Source: Chiloscyllium plagiosum (Eukaryota). Taken from it: DNA of 54,845 nucleotides. The notes beneath the pieces are model-generated. The model searched no databases. It had not been told where the DNA came from and saw nothing but the letters and a program-made list of their open reading frames with translations. This document shows positions 45,133 to 54,845 of the stretch, piece after piece. The first letter of the stretch is position 1. Every line of letters starts with the position of its first letter. The stretch lies in the NCBI RefSeq assembly GCF_004010195.1, contig NW_025215079.1:3514-58358 (forward strand), in the 5' to 3' direction. A program made the translations under genes and the position numbers.

Positions 45133-45480
45133 AGATTGGATTTGATTCCCTACAGTGTGGAAACTGGCCCTTCGGCCCATCAAGTGCACACCGACCCTCC
45201 AAAGTGCCACCGACCCAGACCCATTCCACTACATTTACCCCTCACTAATGCACCTAACATTACGGGCAATTTAGCCCGTAATTAGCCCTAACATTATGGC
45301 CAATTCACCTAACCTTCACAACTTGGGGGACTGTGGGAGGAAACCGGAGCCCCCGGAGGAAACCCACACAGACACGGGGAGAATGTGCAAACTCCACACA
45401 GACAGTTGCCTGAGGAGGGAGTTGAACCCGGGTCTCTGGCGCTGAGAGGCAGCAGTGCTAACCACTAAGCCACCGTGCCA
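45133..45480 (-). mobile_element. HE1-like SINE, full length
   Basis: The reverse complement starts tggcacggtggcttagtggttagcactgctgcctctcagc...gggttcaactccc. Confidence 0.88.
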
Positions 45481-46075
45481 AACCACTCACTGAGTGCTCC
45501 TTCATGGGCCAAGCACAGGTCCCCTACGCTGCACCGCCAGCACTGGGATTGAAAGCCACCACTGTTCACCACCATCTCACCTCCCAGCACGCCCTTGTCA
45601 CTATGAATCTTTTCTGCCAATGTAGCCGTCACCAATGTTGGCAGGCTCTGGACTGACCTAAACTCCACTCTGCAGTCACGGTCAGTCTGCTTTGGGCGTA
45701 TGTATCCGTTGTAGCCGCTGATGAGATCTCAGACTGAGCACAAACCCCTCTCTGCCACTGCCTTGATAAATCTCCACTGGCTGCAGACTCTGCTGGCACC
45801 ACACTCTCACCTCTGACACCGCTTCTGCCAGTCCGGGCTGGGCCTACTCATCACAACCTGTGCCATCACTGCGACTGAGATCTCAAAGGGGGTCAGTAAA
45901 GGAAGTTTAACAAGGAAAAAGAGAAGGAATGTATAAGAAACAAGAATAAAACAGCCGGGGTCAACGAGAATGAGACTCAAATCCCCAATCCACTGCCTCG
46001 TTCTTGGCTTTCTCTCTGTCTATACATTTTCCTCCCTACATTACAGCATTTATATTTCTGCTCTGCTGCTTAAGT

Positions 46076-46385
46076 CAGTGGCTCAGGGGTTAGCACGGCT
46101 GCCTCACAGCATCAGTGTCCCAGGTTCGATCCCATCCTCGGGGCGACTGACTGTGTGGAGTTTACACGTTCTCCCCGTGTCTGGGTGGGTTTCCTCCGGG
46201 TGCTCCGGTTTCCTCCCACCGTCCAAAGATGCGCAGACCAGGTGAATTGGCCATGGGAAATTGTCCATGGTGGTAGGTGCATGAGTGAAGGGTAAATGGG
46301 TGTGGGTGGGTGACTCTTCGGAGAGTCGGTGTGGACTTGTTGGTCTGAAGGGCCTGTTCCCACACTGTAGGGAATCGAATTTAAT
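46076..46385 (+). mobile_element. HE1-like SINE
   Basis: cagtggctcaggggttagcac...ggttcgatccc...gggcctgttcccacactgtagggaatc. Confidence 0.85.
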
Positions 46386-46759
46386 CGTAATCTCAGTCAT
46401 TGTCCAGGAAATGGAGACCTGGTCAAGAAGGGAAGGAGAAAGTAGCATGGTCCAATCTGGTGCCGGAAAATAAGAGAAACCGAGGTGGTTGTAGAACAAG
46501 AGATAAAAGAGAAGGTATCATTCAAACCGAACGAGGTAAATGAAGGCAGGGGAGGGTGGGACAGTGACAGGGTACAAGCTGGAAAGGCAGGTATGGATAG
46601 CAATAGATGGAGAGAGATAGATGGTCTACCGCAAAGGAAGAGAGAGACATAACGAGAGCAGTGGTTGAAATAGAAAAAAAGGGCCAGTGAAGCTCAATGA
46701 GTCAGAGAAGGATAGCAATGATGAGACCGACACGATTTGGATAGATGAGGACATGATTC

Positions 46760-46955
46760 CTGTGTGTGTGTCTGTGTGTGTTTCTTTGTGTCTGTATGTG
46801 TGTTTCTCTGTGTGTGCGTGTGCGTGTGCGTCTCTGTGTGTGTATGTGCCTCTGTGTTTATGCTTGTGTGTGTGTGTGTCTGTATGTGTGTGCGTGTGTG
46901 TGTGTGTGTGCGTGTGTGTGTGTGCGTGTGCGTGCTTGTCTGTGTGTGTGAGAGA
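46760..46955. repeat. TG-rich microsatellite
   Basis: Seen directly in the sequence. Confidence 0.95.
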
Positions 46956-47375
46956 GGGAGAAACGCTTTGGAGGAGAGACAGACAGAGAAATGTTTTGAA
47001 GGAGAATAAATTGACATGCAAGAGAGAAACAGGTTGACAATGGCAAGGATGAGCTGCAAAAAGGAAAATAAGTCATAACTTTTATGGAGATGATGGAAAC
47101 CACGATAACCGTCAGTGGCACCTTCCAATCAAATGATGGGACAAGTTCTGATTCTGATGAAACTCACAATAATCGCCATGTTTGGCAACTTTGCCCATTT
47201 GGTGGTTGGGATTGGACAGATCTTGTCGTAGCTCAGCTGAGCAGCTCAGAAACACTTTTTCAGACATTATTCATGAATCATCTGAAGAGACTATCCTATT
47301 ACATGTGTCGGATTATCAGGCAGCGGGAGTAGCAGAATCAGGTTCAGGATAATTGTTGGGCTCTCTGCTGTTACA

Positions 47376-50300
47376 CTAATCAGTTACAAACTTTGTTATT
47401 TTTTTGTGATTCAGCAAGTTAGCGATGAGCGTGAATGGGAATTTGACAGCGTTTGTCAGCTCCTCTCTGAACCGAGTCTGGGTCATTGTATAAATACATG
47501 TATTGGTGCAGGAACTGAGCAGCTGCAGCATCTGAGCGGTGTGATTTGCAAATAATGAATAATGTTGAAAGTCTGTTATTTGCCAGTAAAGGTGAAAGAC
47601 GAAACGGGGCATCCATAAGATTATGAAGGTGCCAGATATACTGAATAGTAAAATACTGGATTTCCTTCTACTTTCCATCTCGGTATCCTTGTGATTGGGA
47701 TCATTGCTGACACCCCGGAGTCTCTTGCGGACTCGGCCTGTCACTAAAATACGTCTGACAGTCAGAACATTGAGAATCAAGATCAGGAAGAAAGGGAGAC
47801 AAGGGGTTAGTGTGTAGTGTAACAATACATAGGCGGACCATGCTGGGTAAGTGAAAATGTCTGGCTGATTGACACAACCCCAAGGGACATTATCAACTAT
47901 TCGGGCAGGTCCATATACAAAGTAAGAAGGGAGAGCTTCCAAACAGCCCAGCAGACCCACTGTTCCCAGAATCACAGCTGCTGTTTTCATGGTGCAGTAC
48001 TTTGTTTTCAAATTCTCGCAACATATGGCAACAAATCGATCGATGGTGAAAGTAACTGTGTACCAGACGGCAACCACAGTCATAGCCATAGCCAGCACAT
48101 TAAGGAATGCACATATTGGGGTAATTCTCAGGAATGAGTCGGATAAATAAATCCCAGCTATCGCCCACAAGATGGGATCTGATATAACGACCAGGAGATC
48201 AGCCACTGCCATTCCAACCAGGTAGAAAGTGATACATGTGGAAAGACCACACTTTCCTCGGAGGAGAATCACAATTGCAACTGCATTCACTGGAAAAGAG
48301 AGAAAAGGGAGAAAATAAATTGCTGATCTGTACTGGAGGTCAAGCAGAATGGTGAAGGAATCAGGGTGTTACTGTATATAATGTTGCAAGCTGATTTATC
48401 AACCCAGGTAGCTTATTCCCACAGAGAAACTGGCAGTCAATAAAACCAGTAGCTCATCCACCAAGACATCTGTGCAAAGTATATTGTTACTCATGGATTA
48501 AGAAGATGAATTATACATTTTGATTCAGAAGGTGAAATTTAGATTGAGCATTCACAGGAATAGCTGGGAATGTTTGCTTTGACGTGAATATGCATGTGGG
48601 CTATTGCTGTCTGTACATCGTAATGAGAGAGTCTGATTAAAACCAATGCTGATGTTGGACAGGGAGTTGCAGAGATGACACAAGGATTCAGTTCGGGAAG
48701 GAAGAGGCAGGTGAATATGAAGCCAGTGATTGTGAGTGTGAGTGGGACCAATAATATACCAAAAGTGTTACATTTCCTTTTGTCTTTTCATTTTCACACC
48801 TTCCACCAGCCCAACACTAAACACTACCATCCCACACGCTTTCTCTATACCATTCTCTAGTATCTGTTTATTTCTCATCTTTTTCATTTTTATTTTGCCC
48901 ACCGTTTTTTTCAGACTCTATTGTGGTTAGCACTGCTGCCTCACAGCTTCAGAGACCCGGGTTCAATTCCCGCCTCAGGCGACTGACTGTGTGGAGTTTG
49001 CATATTCTCCCCGTGTCTGTGTGGGTTTCCTCTGGGTGCTCCGGTTTCCTCCCACAGTCCAAAAAGGTTCAGGTAAGGTGAATTGGCCATGTTAAATCGC
49101 CCATAGCGTTAGGTGAAGGGGTGAAATGTAGTGGAATGGGTCTGGGTGGAGTGCACTTCGGCGGGTCGGTGTGGACTTGTTGGGCCGAGGGGCCTGTTTC
49201 CACGCTGTAGGGAATCTAATCTCTTTGGATGACTCTCACTTTAATTTTCTTTGGAAATGCGCCTTTCCACTTAAAATTTCCCATGCTAACATTTTGTTCA
49301 CCATGTTTCCGCTGCATCTGGTTTATTTCTGTAGTCAGTTTATTCACAGGCAAGGGAATACCACAATGATTCTATCTATCATAACTTATTTCCATTTGCT
49401 CACCTGGACTCGCTAAATGATCGATATTGCACGGAATAAACTGAAATAAGGCGCCTTACACTATACTCTGCAAAAACTGCCAATCCTCCTGCTCAATTCA
49501 AGTGACGCTTCTGCGACAGTAAAATAGATTGACTCACGGGTGCGCCCAATACTGTGACCTGATACAATACGACAACGGATCTGAAACTGTCATCCTGGAA
49601 GGGCGAGGAAATTCTCAGGTAAACACATGAGAGGATGTGGAAGAGACAGCAGAAAACCGAACTCAGTAATCAGGCATCTGATGCAGAAGCAAATGTCATT
49701 TAAAATGAATAACATGCCTCAGCAGTGATGACCAAAATAACATATCAAATCTCATCGCAAAAGAACATATTTACAGAGATTAGAGGAAATTGTGTGGTCC
49801 ACCATAATGGTGGGAGTGGGAGCTGGCTCATTATGAATCATTGCAGCCTTTAAAAGTTGAAATGAGTTGGAGGTTTGGATTAGGAGTTGGCTGGCTGGAA
49901 GAAGACAGAGGGTAGTAGTTGATGGCAAAGGTTCATCTTGGAGTGCCGTCACTAGCGGTGTTCCGCAAGGATCTGTTTTGGGACCATTGCTGTTTGTCAT
50001 TTTTATAAATGACCTGGACGAGGGGTTAGAAGGTTGGGTGAGCAAGTTTGCGGATGATACGAAAGTTGGAGGAGTTGTAGACAGTGAGGAAGGATGTGTC
50101 AGGTTACAGCGGGATATAGATAAGCTGCAGAACTGGGCAGAAAGGTGGCAATGTAGCTAAGTGATTCACTTTGGTAAGAGTAATAAAAAGATGGGGTACT
50201 GGTCTAATGGTCGGATACTTGGCAGTGTGGATGAGCAGAGGGATCTTGGTGTCATGGTAGAAAGATCGTATGAGGAAAGGGTGAGGCACTTGGGGTTGTT

Positions 50301-51165
50301 TTCATTGGAGAAAAGAAGGTTTAGGGGTGACTTGGTAGAGGTGTACAAGATGATTAGGGGTTTAGATAGGGTCGACAGTGAGAATCTTTTTCCATGTATG
50401 GAGTCAGCTATTACGAGGGGGCATAGCTTTAAATTAAGGGGTGGTCGGTATAGGACAGATGTTAGGGGTAGATTCTTTACTCAGTGAGTCGTGAGTTCAT
50501 GGAATGCCCTGCCAGTAGCAGTGGTGGACTCTCCCTCATTATGGGCATTTAAGCGGGCATTGGATATGCATATGGAGGATAGTGGGCTAGTGTAGGTTAG
50601 GTGGGCTTGGATCGGCGCAACATCGAGGGCCAAAGGGCCTGTACTGCGCTGTATTCTTCTATGTTCTATTCTTCTAAATATCTTGACAGTTACATTTCAC
50701 AACATGAACCCACTCATAGTCCCTCATAGTGGCATTCATTCACTGTTCACAGGAACCTGATTCCAATGCGATCCTGATTGGCGGTAACTCAGTGGTAACG
50801 ATATGGGGTTTATTAAACAGGAGTCATTGTAAACACACTATAATTCCCACACACCCGAACAAACAGACCCTGAAAAACGCAGCATCAGGAAATTAAACTG
50901 AAAGAACTGGGGCTGCGAGAAATGAAGGGACAGAAACAGAAATTGCTGGAGAAACTCTGCAGATCCGGCAGCATCACAGACTTTTGTGTCAGCATCACTC
51001 AATAACTGAAATGTCACAGGATGGAAAATGAATCAACATACAGCAGATCACTGAGCACCAATCTGCACTGTTAGAGACGGAATAAAACAAGTTACCAGGA
51101 ACTCCAAATGCTGCCAGAACAGGATAGTAAATTTCTTCGATCTGATCGATCATTGCATCTCCCAT
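47376..51165 (-). CDS. GPR139/GPR142-like class A GPCR gene B, intact; complement(join(47376-48289,51096-51165)), 327 aa
   Basis: Exon 1 is [23 protein letters not shown] with donor G|gtaact; the acceptor is tctctcttttccag. Exon 2 (ORF 47376-48290) has [64 protein letters not shown] and [10 protein letters not shown], giving seven hydrophobic segments in total. Confidence 0.92.
48923..49221 (+). mobile_element. HE1-like SINE in the gene B intron
   Basis: gtggttagcactgctgcctcacagc...gggttcaattcccgcctcaggcgactg...gtagggaatctaatct. Confidence 0.88.
49862..50670 (+). mobile_element. CR1 RT/3' fragment with an internal deletion, in the gene B intron
   Basis: ORFs 49867-50160 ([13 protein letters not shown]...SKFADDTK) and 50161-50487. 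Confidence 0.9.
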
Positions 51166-51256
51166 TTTGTTGCAATTCGGAGCATCTGTAGATCAGCAAC
51201 ATCACATCCCTACCTGTGAAATGTCTTTGACCTAATAAAATCCAATTACTCCTGAT

Positions 51257-51263
51257 TTATACA
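51257..51263 (-). promoter_or_regulatory. Candidate TATA box (TGTATAAAT) of GPR139-like gene B
   Basis: Minus-strand ctctgtataaatcagg; the heptamer begins 98 nt upstream of the ATG. Confidence 0.45.
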
Positions 51264-51494
51264 GAGTATTTAACTTCACTGACAGACGTACATTTCTGCT
51301 CATTAGTCATACTCACTTAAACGAAAACATTACGTCAGCAGTAATGGTTTTGGAAACATAATATGACAGGTGTAACAAAGTCATCTTAAATCCCACAAGA
51401 TATTGAACTCCCTTTTGGCAACAGGCCTGCTTAATGCAGCGTGCGTCATGCAGGCAGGTATGAATGACAGAGTTCAACATGAGGCATCCTGAGC

Positions 51495-53250
51495 ACAGAA
51501 CATAGAACATCACAGCGCATTACAGGCCGTTCAACCCTCGATGTTGCACTGACCTTTGACACCAATCTGAAGCTCATCTAACCTACACTCCTCCATTGTC
51601 ATCCATATGCCTGTCCCATGATTATTTGAATGCCCTGCAAGTTGGTGAGTCTATTGCTCTATCAGGCAGTGCATCCCTCGCTCCTACTGCTGAGTAACCA
51701 AACTACCTCTAACATCATGCCTCGATTTAAAGCCATGTCACTCCATGCTAGCTTCACCATTTGAACAAAAAGGCTCTCACTGCCCACCCTATCTGACCCC
51801 CTGATTATCTTCTATGTCTCAATTAAGTCACCTCTCAACCTTCTTCTCTCCAACGAAAACAGCCGCAACTCCCTTAGACTTCCATCATAAGATCTCCCTC
51901 CATACCTGGCAACGTTCTAGTAAATCTCCTCTGAACCATTTCCAAAGCCTCAAACTTCTTCCTCTAATGCGCTGAGCAGAACTGTGTGTAATACTCTAAC
52001 TGTGGCCGCACCTGAGTTTTGTACAGCTGCAACATGACCTCATGGCTCCGAAACTCAATCTGTCTACCAATAAAAGCTAGCACACTGTATGCCTTCTTAA
52101 CAACCCTGTCAACCTGGGTGGCAACTTTCAGGGATCTGTGTACCTGGACACCGAGATCACCCTGCTCATCTACACTACCAAGAATCTTACCATTAGCCCC
52201 GTAATCTGCATTCCTGTTGCTCCATTCAAAGTGAATCACCTCACATGTTTCACATTAAACTCCATTTGCCACCTCTCAGCCCAGCTCTGCAGCTTATCTT
52301 TGCCTCTCTGTAACCTACAACATCCTTCATCATTATTCACAACTCCACCGACCTTAGAGTCAAACTTACTAACCCATTCCTCCATGCCCTCATTCAGGTC
52401 ATTTATATAAATGACAAACAGCAGTGGACCCAAAACAGATCCTTGTGGTACCCCATGAGTCACTGATCTCCAGGGCGAACATTTCTCATCAACCACCACC
52501 ATCTGTCTTCTTTCAGCTAGCCAATTTCTGATCCAAACTGCTACATCTCCCACAATGCCTTCCCTCCATATTTTGTACAGTAGCCTACAATGGGGAAACT
52601 TATCAACCGACTTACTGAAATCCATATACACCACATCAACCACTTTACCCTCATCTACCTGTTTGGTCAATTCCTCAAAGAAATCAATAAGGTTTGTGAG
52701 GCACGGCCTACCCTTCACAAAACCATGTTAACCATCCCTAATCAACTTATTCATCTCAAGACAATTATAAATCCTATCTCTTCTAATCCTTTACAACAAT
52801 TTACACACAACCAAAGTAATGCTCACTGGTCTATAATTACCAGGGTTGTCTCTACTCCCCTTCATGAACAAGGGAACAACATTTGCTATCCTCCAGTCTT
52901 CTGGTACTATTCCTGTAGACAATGACGACATAAAGATCAATGCCAAAGGCTCGGCAATCTTCTCCCTGGATTCCCAGAGAATCGCAGGATAAATCCCATC
53001 CAGCCCAGGGGACTTACCTATTTTTACACTTTCTCCTTGTGATTCTCAATCCCATCTAGTCCAGGTGCTTGTTTCTCAGTTTTCTCCTCGACCACTTTGT
53101 CTTCTTATAGTGTGAATACTATGAAAAGTATTCACTCAGCACTTCCCCTATCTCCTCTGACTCCACGCACAACTCCACACTACTCTGCTTGACTGGCCTG
53201 AATCTTACCCGAGCTATTCTTTTATGCCTGGTATAGCTATGGAAAGCCTT
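51495..53250 (-). mobile_element. 5'-truncated CR1 LINE, degenerate
   Basis: ORFs 51964-52239 and 52236-52718 ([27 protein letters not shown]). Confidence 0.9.
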
Positions 53251-53304
53251 ACACTGGACGACAGAAGCAACTATCGCAGCACCCACAAACGAAGCTGCTT
53301 TCAT

Positions 53305-54270
53305 GCATTATTTTAACGAGCCGCGACACATTGCAGCACAGAGGAACTGCGCTGAGCAGAGGAAAATCACCTGCGCAGTGTATTCAAAATGAATGGGTAC
53401 CCAATGAACACAGTCCACCGATTTCTCAGCAACAAACTCAAACAAGCAGACAAAACACATCCAGTGCAGCACAGAGGAACTGCGCTGAGCAGAGGAAAAT
53501 CACCTGCGCAGTGTATTCAAATGAATGGGTACCCAGTGAACACAGTCCACTGATTTCTCAGCAACAAACCCAAACAAGCAGACAAAACACATCCAGAAAC
53601 CCAGCAACAAACCCAAACAAGCAGACAAAACACATCCAGAAACCCTAGCCCCTCTCCCCTACAGCAAAGACATCTCGGAATTGACAGCCAGACTACTCAG
53701 ACCCCTTGGCATCATGGTAGCCCACTAACTCACCAACACACTAAAACAGCAGCTAATGAACTTGACAGACCCCATTCCAACAACAAGCAAAACTAATGTC
53801 ATTTGCAAAATCCCGTGCAAGGGCTGTAACAAATACTACATTGGAAAACTAGCCACCACAATAGATGAACATCAACTAGCCACAAAACGAAATGACCCTC
53901 TCTCACTAGTATCTGTACATGCAGATGAGGAAGGACAGCACTTCGACTGAGACAACACATCCATCCTCGGACCAGCCAAACAGAGACACATACAAGAATT
54001 CCTTGAAGCATGCCATTCCAAACGGAACACTATCAACAAACACATTGACTTGGATCCCATTTACCATACTCTGAGAAAAAATGAACAGGAAATGACATTA
54101 TCAACCAAGGAAACCTAAACACATACATAAAAGGCGGGTCATACCTCCAGTATTTCAACAGAGGATCACTGATGGCGTTACCTCGCAAGGTGACAAAGCA
54201 TCTGATAATGAACCTTCCAGCTCAGCGAGCAAACCTACATCCAGAACTTCAAGCTGAGTTACAAATATTA
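53305..54270 (+). mobile_element. Penelope-like element (second family) with internal 133-bp and 43-bp tandem duplications
   Basis: ORF 53756-53950 (NVICKIPCKGCNKYYIG). Duplicated blocks start at 53333/53466 and 53559/53602. A decayed hammerhead-like motif lies at 54166-54205. Confidence 0.85.
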
Positions 54271-54429
54271 TCAAAACTGTGTCAGGAAAGCCACCTGCAC
54301 ACATTGGACAAAAACTGACCAATCTAAAGTGCTTAACCAATACTATTCCCACTCAATATTTGGAAAGTTAAAGTCCCCAATAACAACCACTGTCACTCTC
54401 GCTCCAATCGCGCATCATCTTGCTGTCCT

Positions 54430-54845
54430 AAGAATCCAGAGAAAGTATATTCCTGTCAGGGTGAAAGGGAAGGCTGGTAGGTATAGGGAATGCTGGTTGA
54501 CTAAAGAAATTGAGAGTTTGGTTAAGAAAAAGAAGGAAGAATATGTCAGGTATAGACAGGATAGATCGAGTGAATCTTTAGAAGGTTACAAAGGAAATAG
54601 GAGTATACTTAAGAGGGAAATCAGGAGGGCAAAAAGGGGACATGAGATAGCTTTGGCAGATAGAATTAAGGAGAATCCAAAGGGTTTTTACAAATATATT
54701 AAGGACAAAAGGGTATCTAGGGAGAGAATAGGGTCCCTCAAAGATCAGCAAGGCGGCCTTTGTGTGGAGCCACAGAAAATGGGGGAGATACTAAATGAAT
54801 ATTTTGCATCAGTATTTACTGTGGAAAAGGATATGGAAGATATAG
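54430..54845 (+). mobile_element. CR1 ORF2 internal fragment, continuing past the window end
   Basis: LKREIRRAKRGHEIALADRIKENPKGFYKYIKDKR...ILNEYFASVFT, homologous to 1774-2298. Confidence 0.88.

Noticed and set aside
49538..49600. Minus-strand segment ...VTVLGAP followed by gtgagt, as exon 1 of GPCR gene B
   Set aside because: The donor is phase 0 in that frame while the acceptor needs phase 1, and there is no nearby in-frame ATG. The segment 51096-51165 fits far better.

Overview
Repeat-rich eukaryotic genomic DNA, most likely from a shark. This is inferred from HE1-type tRNA-derived SINEs, abundant CR1 LINEs, Penelope-like elements and GPR139-like receptor genes. There are two assembly gaps (16030-16413 and 20109-20608). 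Three host genes can be built by hand from splice sites. (1) A 7-exon + strand gene (CDS 4879-12586, 610 aa) encodes a signal peptide and a complete transcobalamin/haptocorrin/intrinsic-factor alpha domain. In place of the usual beta domain it has a 296-aa Cys-free, S/T/P-rich tail with degenerate 8-aa repeats, and several family B12-contact motifs are altered. This is the most unusual thing in the window. (2) A 2-exon GPR139-like class A GPCR (+, 27052-30221) is disrupted by a 226-bp internal tandem duplication. (3) An intact 2-exon GPR139-like GPCR (-, 51165-47376, 327 aa) is convergent with the second gene. The rest is mostly decayed retroelements: CR1, Rex1/Babar-like, Tx1/L1-like, HE1-like SINEs, and Penelope-like elements with hammerhead-ribozyme-like motifs, including a 190-bp palindrome with a target-site duplication. 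Microsatellites and many local tandem duplications are also present. Family assignments come from motif recall, not database searches, and repeat boundaries are approximate.
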